From Sphingobacteriaceae bacterium (GTDB taxonomy: Bacteria; Bacillota; Sulfobacillia; Thermaerobacterales; RSA17), in contig DATGRI010000030.1 in NCBI GenBank assembly GCA_035303785.1, positions 22,047-86,046 of the forward strand: a DNA stretch of 64,000 bases, written 5' to 3'. The position numbers and the translations under genes were made by a program. Numbering within the stretch: the first letter of the stretch is position 1; each line of letters opens with the position of its first letter. The notes under the pieces were generated by a model. It ran no database searches. It was given only the letters and a program-made list of their open reading frames with translations, and was not told the origin of the DNA. Positions 26,642-35,848 of this stretch are shown piece by piece.

Positions 26642-29434
26642 CTACGATGCCAGCACTTCCTTGCACCGGTCGCACAGGTCGGGCCCGGTGCCCCTTTCCC
26701 CTACTTCGCCGGTGTAGCGCCAACACCTTTCGCACCGCTTCCACGGGGTGGGCCCCACCAGGATGGCGGCCCCGGTATCGGCGCCCACCGCCACCTCGAC
26801 CCCTTCAGGGGCGGGGCCGGAGGCCACCGCCACCGACGCCACCCGGAACAAGGTGGCCAGGTCGATGCCCTCCACCTCCACGGTGATACTGCCCGAGGCC
26901 TGGGGCAGGTAGACCTCCACCGCGGAACTGGCGAAATCCTTGACCACGCCTGAAGTGCGGGCCGTCTCCACCACCCGGGAAACGTCGTCCCGCAGGGCCA
27001 GCAGGCTCTCCCAACGGGCCAGCAGTTCGTCGTCCCGCCATTGGGGCGGCACCTGAGGCCAGTCGGTCAGGTGGACGCTGCGGGGCCAGTCGGGCTCGTG
27101 GGGCACGTACTCCCACGCCTCGTCGGCGGTGAACACCAGGATGGGAGCCAGCAGCCGCAGCAGCACGTGGAGCACCTCGTGCAGGGTGTTCTGCACCGCC
27201 CGCCGCTGGGGGCTGCCGGCGGCTTCGGCGTAAAGCCGGTCCTTGACCACGTCCAGGTAGAAGCTGGACAAGTCGCCGCTGCAGAAGTTGTATACGTCGT
27301 GATAGACCAGGTGGTACTGGTACTGGTCGTACTGGGCCGTCACCTTGTCCACCAGCTGGGCGGTGCGGGCCAGGAGCCACCGGTCCAGTTCCGAGCGCCG
27401 GGTCACGGGCAGGTGGTGCTGGACGGGGTCGAAGTCGTTCAGGTTGCCCAGCATGAAGCGGATGGTGTTGCGGATCTTCCGGTAAACCTCGGCCATGCGC
27501 TCCATGAACTCGGGGGACACCTTGATGTCCACCCGGTAGTCCATGGAGGCCACCCACAGGCGCAGGACGTCGGCGCCGTACTTTTCGATGATGTCGAAGG
27601 GGTCGATGACGTTGCCGAAAGACTTGGACATCTTGCGGCCTTCGCCATCCACCACGAAGCCGTGGGTGATGACCCCCTTGTAGGGCGCCTGGCCCCGGGT
27701 GGCCACCGCCGTCAGGAGGGAGGACTGGAACCAGCCCCGGTGCTGGTCGGTGCCCTCAATGTAGAGGTCCGCCGGCCAGCGCAGGCCCGGCCGCTGGGCC
27801 AGCACGGCGGCGTGGCTGGAGCCCGAGTCGAACCATACGTCCATGGTATCGGTCTCCTTGCGGAACTCCTCGCCCCCGCACTTGGGGCACTTGGTCCCCG
27901 GCGGCACTATGGCCGATGCCGGCTTGTCGAACCAGGCGTGGGAGCCTTCCCGCCGGAACAACTCCACCACGCTGTCCAAGGTTTCTTCCACCATGGGCTC
28001 GTTGCAGCCGCTGCAGTAGAAGGCGGGGATGGGCACGCCCCAGACCCGCTGGCGGCTGATGCACCAGTCGGCCCGGTCCCGTACCATGCTGGTGATGCGG
28101 GCCTTGCTCCACGGGGGAATCCAGCGCACCGTATCGATGGCGGCCAGGGTCTCCTCCCGGAAGCCTTCCACCGAGGCGAACCACTGCTCGGTGGCCCGGA
28201 AGATGACCGGGTTCTTGCAGCGCCAGCAGTGGGCGTACTGGTGCTCGATCTCGCCCCGGGCCAGCAGGGCCCCGGCGGCGGTCAAGGCTTCCATGATGGC
28301 TTCGTTGGCATCTTCGTAGAACATGCCGGCGAAGGGGCCCGCCACTTCCTTGAAGACGCCCCGCTCGTCCAGGGGATCCAGCACCTTGAGGCCGTAGCGC
28401 CGGCCCACGGCGAAGTCTTCATGGCCGTGGTCGGGGGCGGTGTGGACGCAGCCCGTCCCCTCGTCGGTGGTCACGTGGTCGCCCACCACCACCAGGGAGT
28501 CCCGGTCGAAGAGGGGATGGCGGCAGACGATGCCTTCCAGTTCAGCGCCCTTCCAGCTGCCCAGCACCCTGCCTCCCAGCAGGCCGCAGGCGGCGCTGAC
28601 CGCCTCCCAGCGGTCGGCGGCCATGAGCAGGGGGCCCCGGTCCGTCTCCATGAGCCGGTACTCCGCCTCGGGATGGAGGGCGATGGCCAGGTTGGCGGGC
28701 AGGGTCCACGGCGTCGTCGTCCAGATGAGGACGCCGGCCCCTTGGGGCAGGCGGCCCCCGCCGTCCTTGACGGGGAAGGTTACGTAAATAGATGGCGACC
28801 GCTTCTGGTGGTACTCGATCTCCGCCTCGGCCATGGCCGTTTCGCATTCGGTGCACCAGTAGACGGTCTTCAGGCCTTTATAAATGTAGCCCCGCCGGTA
28901 CATCTCGCCGAAGACGCGGATCTGCTCCGCTTCATAGGCGGGGTTCATGGTGACGTAGGGGTTTTCCCAGTCGCCGATGACGCCCAGCCGCTGGAACTGC
29001 TCGGTCATGATGCCGATGAAGCGCTGGGCGTAGGCCTCACATTGCCGCCGCAGCTCGGAGGGGGGTATCTTCCGGCGGTCGATGCCCAACTCCTCCAGGG
29101 CCCGGCGCTCGATGGGCAGGCCGTGGGTATCCCACCCGGGCACAAAGGGGGAGTCGTAGCCCCGCATGGAGGCGTAGCGCACCACCATGTCCTTGATTAC
29201 CTTGTTCAGGGCCGTGCCGATGTGGATCTCGCCGTTGGCGTAGGGCGGCCCGTCGTGGAGGATGAAAAGCTCCTTACCCGCCCGCAGGCGCCGGAGGCTG
29301 CCGTAGATGTCCAGCCTTTCCCAGCGCTGCTGCAGGAGCGGCTCCTTGACCGGCAACTGGGCCCGCATGGGGAAAGCCGTCTTGGGAAGGTTCAATGTTT
29401 GTCTGTAGTCAACGCCAGGCCTGTCACCCGTCAT
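26642..29434 (-). CDS. ileS: isoleucyl-tRNA synthetase
   Basis: HIGH-type PYANGEIHIGTALN, KMSKS and a C-terminal zinc CxxC pair. The ATG at 29434 is 9 nt after GGAGGG. The longest ORF starts at 29443. Confidence 0.95.
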   Translation of the reverse strand: MTGDRPGVDYRQTLNLPKTAFPMRAQLPVKEPLLQQRWERLDIYGSLRRLRAGKELFILHDGPPYANGEIHIGTALNKVIKDMVVRYASMRGYDSPFVPGWDTHGLPIERRALEELGIDRRKIPPSELRRQCEAYAQRFIGIMTEQFQRLGVIGDWENPYVTMNPAYEAEQIRVFGEMYRRGYIYKGLKTVYWCTECETAMAEAEIEYHQKRSPSIYVTFPVKDGGGRLPQGAGVLIWTTTPWTLPANLAIALHPEAEYRLMETDRGPLLMAADRWEAVSAACGLLGGRVLGSWKGAELEGIVCRHPLFDRDSLVVVGDHVTTDEGTGCVHTAPDHGHEDFAVGRRYGLKVLDPLDERGVFKEVAGPFAGMFYEDANEAIMEALTAAGALLARGEIEHQYAHCWRCKNPVIFRATEQWFASVEGFREETLAAIDTVRWIPPWSKARITSMVRDRADWCISRQRVWGVPIPAFYCSGCNEPMVEETLDSVVELFRREGSHAWFDKPASAIVPPGTKCPKCGGEEFRKETDTMDVWFDSGSSHAAVLAQRPGLRWPADLYIEGTDQHRGWFQSSLLTAVATRGQAPYKGVITHGFVVDGEGRKMSKSFGNVIDPFDIIEKYGADVLRLWVASMDYRVDIKVSPEFMERMAEVYRKIRNTIRFMLGNLNDFDPVQHHLPVTRRSELDRWLLARTAQLVDKVTAQYDQYQYHLVYHDVYNFCSGDLSSFYLDVVKDRLYAEAAGSPQRRAVQNTLHEVLHVLLRLLAPILVFTADEAWEYVPHEPDWPRSVHLTDWPQVPPQWRDDELLARWESLLALRDDVSRVVETARTSGVVKDFASSAVEVYLPQASGSITVEVEGIDLATLFRVASVAVASGPAPEGVEVAVGADTGAAILVGPTPWKRCERCWRYTGEVGERGTGPDLCDRCKEVLAS

Positions 29435-29451
29435 GGGCACCATCCCTCCGT

Positions 29452-29740
29452 AAAAACAAAAAACCCCTCGTCAAGGACGAGAGGATGCTCCCGCGGTACC
29501 ACCTTTGTTCCCGGCGCCGGCAGGCTGGTCCGCCTGGGCGTCCGGGCCCTCGCAACCCTTAACGCGGGTCGGACGTTCCGGTCTACTGGGCACCGCCCCG
29601 CAGGACGGGCCGTTGGACCGGACGGCTCCCAGGTGATCTTCGCCACCGCTGCCGGTGCCGGCATCCCACCTCCCGGGCTTCGGGCCCGGGTCCCGGCTCG
29701 CTGAAACCGCCCTGCGGCGCTACTCTCCTGGTCATAGCCC
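29452..29740 (-). promoter_or_regulatory. T-box riboswitch leader of ileS (Ile, AUC specifier) with intrinsic terminator
   Basis: All elements are on the minus strand. AGAGAGUA element near the 5' end. GAAG-AUC-A specifier at 29637-29635. T-box AAAGGUGGUACCGCGGGAGC at about 29487-29506. Terminator CCUCUCGUC-CUU-GACGAGGGG plus a U-run at 29484-29452. Confidence 0.85.
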
Positions 29741-29805
29741 CTTTGGCCTTTGGAACGAAACTTGTGAACCTATACGAGTAACCTTACCGCCTGAACCCTG
29801 CAGCG

Positions 29806-30135
29806 TCAAGGGGAGCGGGCTTCGGCCAGCAGGCGGGCCAGTGCCTTGCGGGCCTCGGGCACCGACATGCCGGCCAGGAGCACCCGCTTGCGGCCGTGGC
29901 GATGGCCGGACACCAGGGTCACCTGGGCGGGCTTCAAGCCGAACAACTGGGCGATGTATGCGGTCAAGGCCTTGTTGGCCTTGCCTTCCACGGGGGGCGC
30001 CTGGATGCGGATCTTCAGAGCGCCGCCGTGGACGCCGGCCACCTGGCTGGCGGCGGCGCCGGGCCGGGCGTGGACCGCCATGATCACGCCTTCCTTGGCC
30101 TGCTGCAGTTCCACCTGTTGGTCGTCAACCGTCAT
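29806..30135 (-). CDS. yggU: YggU/DUF167 family protein
   Basis: LKIRIQAPPVEGKANKALTAYIAQLF...VTLVSGHRHGRKRVLL is the DUF167 signature. The start at 30135 overlaps the divIVA end by 11 nt. Confidence 0.75.
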   Translation of the reverse strand: MTVDDQQVELQQAKEGVIMAVHARPGAAASQVAGVHGGALKIRIQAPPVEGKANKALTAYIAQLFGLKPAQVTLVSGHRHGRKRVLLAGMSVPEARKALARLLAEARSP

Positions 30136-30886
30136 GGCCTTCGGCTTCGCCGTCCACCCCGGACAACAGGGCCTCCCGGGCCCGGTCCAGCAGTTCCTGG
30201 GCGGTGTCGGGGAAGATGGGCTGGCCCGCCGCCGTGACGGGCATCCCCGCCGGGGCCGTGGGGGAGGCTTCTTCTTGTTGCTCCGTCTCCCGCAGCTCCT
30301 CCTGAGAGGCAGGGGCTGCGGCCGCGGCAGCCGGTGCAGGGGCCGCGGGGGCCGAGGCATCGACCGGGGCAGCAGGGGTCTCCCCTTCGACGGCGGCAGC
30401 GGCCTCCCGGCGGCCTTCTCCGGCGTCGAATTCCTTCAGGAGGCGCTCCTCCTGATCCAGCAGTTCCAAATGGCTCATGAGCATGCCCCGGACTTGGGTC
30501 CGGAGGAGGCGCACCCTTTCCAGGACGGCGTTGTACGTGGCCTGGGCTTCTTCCGCCGCCCGCTGGGCGGAGCGGCGCAGGGCCTCCGCCTCCTGCTCCG
30601 CCTGCTGCCGGATGAGGGCCGCCTCCTTTTCGGCGTTGGCCTTCACCTCGGCGGCCGTTTCCTGGGCCACCAGCAAGGCGTTGTGGAGCACGTCCTCCAT
30701 CCGGGTGTACTGCTCCAGGCGGCCTGCGTAGGTTTCCACCTTGTCCTGCAGGTCGGCGTTGGCTTTGACCAGGTCTTCATACTTGCGGGCCACGTGCTGG
30801 AGAAATTCCGTAACTTCCTGCTCGTCAAAGCCCCGCAGGGAACGCCGAAACTCCTTGTATTTGATGTCTTCCGGCCTCAAGGGCAC
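30125..30886 (-). CDS. divIVA: cell-division / polarity protein DivIVA
   Basis: N-terminus MPLRPEDIKYKEFRRSLRGFDEQEVTEFL plus long coiled coils. Confidence 0.9.
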   Translation of the reverse strand: MPLRPEDIKYKEFRRSLRGFDEQEVTEFLQHVARKYEDLVKANADLQDKVETYAGRLEQYTRMEDVLHNALLVAQETAAEVKANAEKEAALIRQQAEQEAEALRRSAQRAAEEAQATYNAVLERVRLLRTQVRGMLMSHLELLDQEERLLKEFDAGEGRREAAAAVEGETPAAPVDASAPAAPAPAAAAAAPASQEELRETEQQEEASPTAPAGMPVTAAGQPIFPDTAQELLDRAREALLSGVDGEAEGHDG

Positions 30887-30943
30887 CGGTCCCCACCTCC
30901 AGCTTCCTGCCCCCGTCCCGGGGAGTCCAGGCTCCGCTGCCCG

Positions 30944-31225
30944 TCAGAACAAGCCCCAATACCAGGCGAAAAGCCAGCGACGCAGCAGGCCGATGATCAA
31001 AATGGCAATCAACGGCGAGAGGTCCAGCCCCGGGGTGTAGGGCAGGACGACCCGCCGGATGGGACCCAATACAGGTTCGGTGACGGTGTAGACGATGTGC
31101 CGGAAATCGGCAAACCACTTGTTGTAAGTCCGGGGTTGGATGAAGGACAGGATGGCCCGGATGATGATGAGCCAGTAGAAAACTTGCAGTATCCGTTGCA
31201 GGATGTCGAAGACTATGTAGCTCAA
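30944..31225 (-). CDS. yggT: YggT family membrane protein
   Basis: 93 aa. VFYWLIIIRAILSFI...DLSPLIAILII. Confidence 0.85.
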   Translation of the reverse strand: MSYIVFDILQRILQVFYWLIIIRAILSFIQPRTYNKWFADFRHIVYTVTEPVLGPIRRVVLPYTPGLDLSPLIAILIIGLLRRWLFAWYWGLF

Positions 31226-31249
31226 CCCGTCACACTCCTGCCTTACGGC

Positions 31250-31768
31250 TCAAAACTCGGGCCGCTCGGCGGGAGACTCGTGGATGATCTCGACGTTGCC
31301 GGGTGCAAACAAGAGAACATTGCTGGCCACCCTGTGCATCTCGCCGTTCAAGGCGTAAATGGTGCCGCTGAGGAAGTTGAGAATGCGCTGGGCCAGTTCC
31401 TTGTCTACACCTTCCAGGTTCAACACCACCGGGCGCCGGTTTTTCAGATGGTCAGCCATAAGTTGCACTTGGTCGAAGTCTTCGGGCGTGAAAACGATCA
31501 TGCGGACCAAGGGGGTGCCGCCGGGGATGCTCACCAGGTTGGCCCGGTCCACCGCCCGCTCGTTGCGCTCGGGCACCCGCTCCACCGCCTCCTGAACCCG
31601 CTCCCGGCGGGGGCGGGCTTCCTCACCATCTTCTTCGGTGGGATTGACGGTCGCCGCCGTTTCCTCCAGCCCTTCTTCGTCGTCGTCCACGACCTCGAAG
31701 CCTACCCACGACAAAATCCGGTCAAATATGCCCACGGCCAGGGCGCTCCCTTCAATCGGGTTCCCCAA
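31250..31768 (-). CDS. sepF: FtsZ-interacting cell-division protein SepF
   Basis: C-terminal domain VVLNLEGVDKELAQRILNFLSGTIYALNGEMHRV and N-terminal amphipathic FDRILSWVGF. Confidence 0.9.
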   Translation of the reverse strand: MGNPIEGSALAVGIFDRILSWVGFEVVDDDEEGLEETAATVNPTEEDGEEARPRRERVQEAVERVPERNERAVDRANLVSIPGGTPLVRMIVFTPEDFDQVQLMADHLKNRRPVVLNLEGVDKELAQRILNFLSGTIYALNGEMHRVASNVLLFAPGNVEIIHESPAERPEF

Positions 31769-32438
31769 AAAGGGCGCGGCCGATGCGGATCATGGTGGCT
31801 CCCTCCGCAATGGCCGCCTCGAAATCTCCCGACATGCCCATGGACAGATGGTCCATGGCTATTCCCGGCAGGCGGCGTTGACCCACCTCTTCCGCCAGAA
31901 GGCGCAGCCGTCGGAACAGGGGTCGCACCGTCGACGGGTCGGTGGTGGGCGGGGCCATGGTCATGAGGCCTACGACCCTGACCCGATCCAGCTGGGCCAC
32001 TTCCTCCATGAAAGCGGGCAGGTCGGCGGGGGTCACCCCCTGCCTGGCGGCATCCTCTTGCAGGTTCACCTGGACAAGGCAACGGAGATGAGTGCCGGCC
32101 TGTTCCAGGCGTTGCTGGAGGGCGTGGGCCAAGCTCAAGCGATCCAGGGAATGGAGCAAAACATCCCTATTTAGCAGATATTTTATTTTATTCCTTTGCA
32201 GATGTCCAACCATGTGCCAGCGGAGGGGCAAATCGGCCAACTCCTCCGCTTTTTGCCGCATTTCCTGCACCCGGTTTTCGCCGATGTCGGCCACACCCAG
32301 TTGGAAAAGCTCCCGCACCCGGCGGGCGGGCCGGCCCTTGGCCACCGCCACCAGGGTGATTTCCTCAGGCTTGCGCCCGGCGGCCACGGCGGCCTGGGCG
32401 ATGCTCTCCCGGATCCGGGCCAGATTATCCGCCAGCAT
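31752..32438 (-). CDS. yggS: YggS-family pyridoxal-phosphate homeostasis protein
   Basis: LVAVAKGRP (PLP lysine), WHMVGHLQRNK and LSMGMSGDFE. The ATG at 32438 follows GGGAAGGGGGGGAG. Confidence 0.9.
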   Translation of the reverse strand: MLADNLARIRESIAQAAVAAGRKPEEITLVAVAKGRPARRVRELFQLGVADIGENRVQEMRQKAEELADLPLRWHMVGHLQRNKIKYLLNRDVLLHSLDRLSLAHALQQRLEQAGTHLRCLVQVNLQEDAARQGVTPADLPAFMEEVAQLDRVRVVGLMTMAPPTTDPSTVRPLFRRLRLLAEEVGQRRLPGIAMDHLSMGMSGDFEAAIAEGATMIRIGRALFGEPD

Positions 32439-33720
32439 CGACTCCCCCCCTTCCCGGCCGGTACCAGCCGATCCACGACAGCCAAGCGGGCTTGGCCAGC
32501 ACCCGCTGGCCGGGTCGCAGCCCCGTGACCAGCACCAGGTGGTCGGTCCGGCCCACCGGTTCCACCGGCTGCCATTCCAGGTGGACCCGGCCCGGCAGGG
32601 CCCGCCGGACCACCACCATGGGCGGTCCGTCGCCGGCGTCCACCAAGGCATCCGGGGGCAGCCCCTGCCCCCGCAGCACGCCCCACTGCACCCATAGGGG
32701 GGCGGCGGGTTCCGCAGGCAGGGCGGGCGCCCCGGTCACCACCTCCAGGATGACCGCCCGCCGGCCGTCTTCTGCGGGCTCCCCCACGGCGGTGATCCGG
32801 CCCCGCAGGGGGGAGCCGTCGGGTCCCGCCAGGGCAGCCTGCACCGCCTGGTCGGGGGCAAGGTTCCGGCCCACGTCATCAGGCACCGTCGTGACCAGAT
32901 AGGTCTTCCACCCCGTGGCCAGGCGGATGAGGGGCTGTCCCGCCTCCACGGCTGCTTCGGCGGCCTCCGCCCCCGCCGGCGCCTCCCGGGCGGCGGCCAG
33001 CCAGTCGTCGATGGCCGCCGGGGTGGCCCGGAAGGCGGCTTCCAGGGTGACGGGCAGGCCGAAGGTTCCCCGGTGATGGAATACGGTGCCGGCCGCCGGA
33101 GCCCGAATGGCGGTGGAGCCGGCGGCCACCATATTGGCCAAGGTTTGCTCCCGGCGGGCCAAAGCCTCCATCTGCTCAACCCGGTCGGCGATGGCCCGGG
33201 TCAATTTTTCCCTTTCGGCCCACATTTCGACCAAAAGGGTCTCACCACGGGCATCGGGCTCCCGTCCTTCGTTCAGATGGCGCCGCCGCTCATGGATCAA
33301 GTCCGCCAAGGTCATTTCCAAATCGGCCAGGTGATCATCCTGGGCCCGGAGAACGGCATCGTGCTGCAGGGCCGCCAATTGCCGCCGGACCCGGTCCAGC
33401 TCCTGGCGGATGGGCCCCAGGCCGCTGCCGCTGATGATGCGGGCCACGGGCCTGTGGGCCGGCACCCGGGTGCCGTCGGGCACCAGCCACTCCACGGTTC
33501 CCGCTACGGGTGCGGCCAGGATGATTTCGTCCCGGACGATGAGGGCGGGCCCTTCGGTGATCAGGGGAATTTCGGTGTCCGCGGCGGGGATGGCGAGGAC
33601 CGGCAAGGCCAGGAGCAGGCCCTGCTTCAAGATGGCCATGGCCAAGATCAGGCCCGCCAGCAGCAAGAGGAGCCGGCCTTGTCCCCTTGTGCCTTTCTTG
33701 CCCTTGCGCCGCCGTGCCAT
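32425..33720 (-). CDS. HlyD-like membrane-fusion-type protein, single N-terminal TM, no adjacent transporter
   Basis: 431 aa. Basic N-terminus plus TM, a lipoyl-like hairpin (ILAAPVAGTVEWLVPDGTRV ... IRAPAAGTV) flanking a coiled-coil segment, then a beta-rich C-terminus. Confidence 0.6.
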   Translation of the reverse strand: MARRRKGKKGTRGQGRLLLLLAGLILAMAILKQGLLLALPVLAIPAADTEIPLITEGPALIVRDEIILAAPVAGTVEWLVPDGTRVPAHRPVARIISGSGLGPIRQELDRVRRQLAALQHDAVLRAQDDHLADLEMTLADLIHERRRHLNEGREPDARGETLLVEMWAEREKLTRAIADRVEQMEALARREQTLANMVAAGSTAIRAPAAGTVFHHRGTFGLPVTLEAAFRATPAAIDDWLAAAREAPAGAEAAEAAVEAGQPLIRLATGWKTYLVTTVPDDVGRNLAPDQAVQAALAGPDGSPLRGRITAVGEPAEDGRRAVILEVVTGAPALPAEPAAPLWVQWGVLRGQGLPPDALVDAGDGPPMVVVRRALPGRVHLEWQPVEPVGRTDHLVLVTGLRPGQRVLAKPAWLSWIGWYRPGRGGVDAGG

Positions 33721-33804
33721 AACAGGCCAGTTCTGGAGAGGCGGGCCTGTTCCCTGCCCCCGCCGGCCGCTGGAGCCCCCGCCGCAGCCGGCCCGTCGCC
33801 GGGG

Positions 33805-34677
33805 CTAGAGCCAGCCCGCCACCAGGGCCATGCGGCCGGTGCGGCCCCCCTCGCCCCGGTGGGAAAAAAACCATTGGGGCCGGCAGGCGGTGCACAGGCC
33901 GGACTGCAATATTTGCCCCTCGGGCACGCCGGCGGCCGCCAGCAGTTGGGCGTTGGCCAGGGCCAAATCCAGGAGGTACTTGCCCCCGCCCCCGGGGTGG
34001 ACCACCCGCCCGGCATCGGGCAAAGGGGCTCCTACCGCCTCGGCCACAGGCTCGTCCACCTGGTAGCAGCAGGGGCCGATGGCGGGGCCGATGACGGCGT
34101 GGATGTCCTCCGGCTCCACCCCGTAGTGCCGGCCCAGGGCGTCCACGGCCGCCCGGGCCGCCCCGGCGGCGGTGCCCCGCCAGCCGGCGTGGACCACGGC
34201 CGTGACCTGGGCGCCGGGGGCGGTGAGGAGGATGGGCACGCAGTCGGCGTACCGGATCATGAGGAACCGGCCCCGGCCGGCGGCGATGCCGTCGGCGGCG
34301 CCCAGGGAATGGAGACGTCTCCCCGCCGGTGTGTGCCAGGACCATTCCACAGGGTCCCGGTCCGCCCGGGCGATGTGGGCGCCGTGGACCTGGCGGACCA
34401 TGTAGACGGGATGGTCAAGCCCCGGGGGCAGGGCGGCGGCCAGGAACCGATCGGTGTTGCGGGCCACCCGGCGGGGCTCGTCCCCCACCCCCCGGCCCAG
34501 ATTGAGGCTGTGGTAGGGCGGGGTGCCCACGCCGCCCAGGCGGGTGGAGAAGGCCGCCCAAAAGCCGGGCCAGGCCTCCCGCCACGGGGCTGCCCGCAGG
34601 AGGGGAACGCCGGCGGAATCATCCCATCGCAAAGGCCCGCCGCCTTCGCCGGCCGGGGCCCGGCCGTCACCCGTCAT
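33805..34677 (-). CDS. pgeF: PgeF/YfiH (YlmD) laccase-domain purine nucleoside enzyme
   Basis: QVHGAHI, YADCVPILL and VVHAGWRGT motifs. ATG at 34677 preferred. Confidence 0.88.
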   Translation of the reverse strand: MTGDGRAPAGEGGGPLRWDDSAGVPLLRAAPWREAWPGFWAAFSTRLGGVGTPPYHSLNLGRGVGDEPRRVARNTDRFLAAALPPGLDHPVYMVRQVHGAHIARADRDPVEWSWHTPAGRRLHSLGAADGIAAGRGRFLMIRYADCVPILLTAPGAQVTAVVHAGWRGTAAGAARAAVDALGRHYGVEPEDIHAVIGPAIGPCCYQVDEPVAEAVGAPLPDAGRVVHPGGGGKYLLDLALANAQLLAAAGVPEGQILQSGLCTACRPQWFFSHRGEGGRTGRMALVAGWL

Positions 34678-34948
34678 GCTGGCCCTCCCCCCGGCGGAAA
34701 AAGCGCTGCCGCTGGCCCGGCAGGTGCACCAAAATAACATCCTCGCCCAACTTGACCACCATGTCCCAAGGGATGACGTGATCCTGGTCGCGGCCGAACA
34801 GGCCCAGGAGGCGGGTGCCGCCGGGCACGATCAAGGCCAGGATGCGGCCGTCCACCGGATCCACTTCCACATCTTCGACGAAGCCGATGCGTTTCCCACT
34901 GCCCACATCGATGACATCCCGGGACCGCAGGTCCGACAAGCGGTACAT
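34667..34948 (-). CDS. ylmC: YlmC/YmxH PRC-barrel sporulation protein
   Basis: MYRLSDLRSRDVIDVGSGKRIGFVEDVEVD...GRILALIVPG. 93 aa from the internal ATG at 34948. Confidence 0.8.
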   Translation of the reverse strand: MYRLSDLRSRDVIDVGSGKRIGFVEDVEVDPVDGRILALIVPGGTRLLGLFGRDQDHVIPWDMVVKLGEDVILVHLPGQRQRFFRRGEGQHDG

Positions 34949-35088
34949 GGCCCTCTCCCCCAGCGGCACCGTCGGGGGCGCCCCATGACTTCTTCTAATT
35001 GTTACGCCGGGAAAATCGGGGTATGTGGGCAGGGGCGGGGAATCTGAACCGCACCGGGCTACGGTGTTTGTTCGGAGACGGGAGGCTG

Positions 35089-35835
35089 TCAGGGAGCCGG
35101 CGGCGGCTGCAGGGCGGGAACGGATTCCGGTGGAGCCCCTATCGCCACCTGGAGCCAAAGGCGCCACAGGCCTGCCAGGGGCGCCGTGGAGGCGCGATGC
35201 TCCTGCCACCAGTCCCGGATGAACCACCGGTAGGTGACGGGCACCTCCTCCACCAGGGGCTCATGGCCGCCGGCGGCCAGGGCCGCCACGGCCCGCTGCA
35301 AGGTTTCATCGTCCTCCCACGTGCCGGCCACGCACAGGCCTTGGAACAGGGCGCACCACCAATTGCCGCCGGCACCGTCCCCCAGGATGACCCGGGTGGC
35401 GGGATAGATGCCGGCGGGGATGACATGGCGGCCCAGGGTCCTTTGGTCGAACCAGGCGGGCCCCACTTCCACCCGCACGAGCTCTTCCCGGCCGGCGGCC
35501 CGCAAGGCGGACTTCACCGCCGCCGCCAGGTCGTCCCGGTGGCGGTGCATCCAAATCTCCGTTGCTGCGGGATCGGCGCCCAAGTCCCCGGGCCCGTGCC
35601 GGGTCAAGTAGTCCAGCAGGGCCTTTTGGGCCACGGGCTTGGCTTCCTGGTGGAAGGCGTCGTCGCTGTGGGGTATGACGTGGAGGCGGTACAAGGGCCG
35701 GACGGCCTCGGCCGTTGCCGGCTGCCGGGCCCAGGCGGCCGCGGCGGCTACGGCCCCCACCAGGCCCAGAAGGATGACGGCGGCGGCGGCGACGGAGCCC
35801 CAATGCTTGTCCCGGGTGAAGGCGGATCCATCCAT
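35089..35835 (-). CDS. spoIIR: stage II sporulation protein R (pro-sigma-E processing signal)
   Basis: N-terminal signal-anchor, RLHVIPHSDDAFHQEAK and ATRVILGDGAGGNWWCALF match the SpoIIR signature (RLHVxANSD...G.G.NWWC). The start is 13 nt after the sigG stop. Confidence 0.75.
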   Translation of the reverse strand: MDGSAFTRDKHWGSVAAAAVILLGLVGAVAAAAAWARQPATAEAVRPLYRLHVIPHSDDAFHQEAKPVAQKALLDYLTRHGPGDLGADPAATEIWMHRHRDDLAAAVKSALRAAGREELVRVEVGPAWFDQRTLGRHVIPAGIYPATRVILGDGAGGNWWCALFQGLCVAGTWEDDETLQRAVAALAAGGHEPLVEEVPVTYRWFIRDWWQEHRASTAPLAGLWRLWLQVAIGAPPESVPALQPPPAP

Positions 35836-35848
35836 GGCGGCGGCCCCG

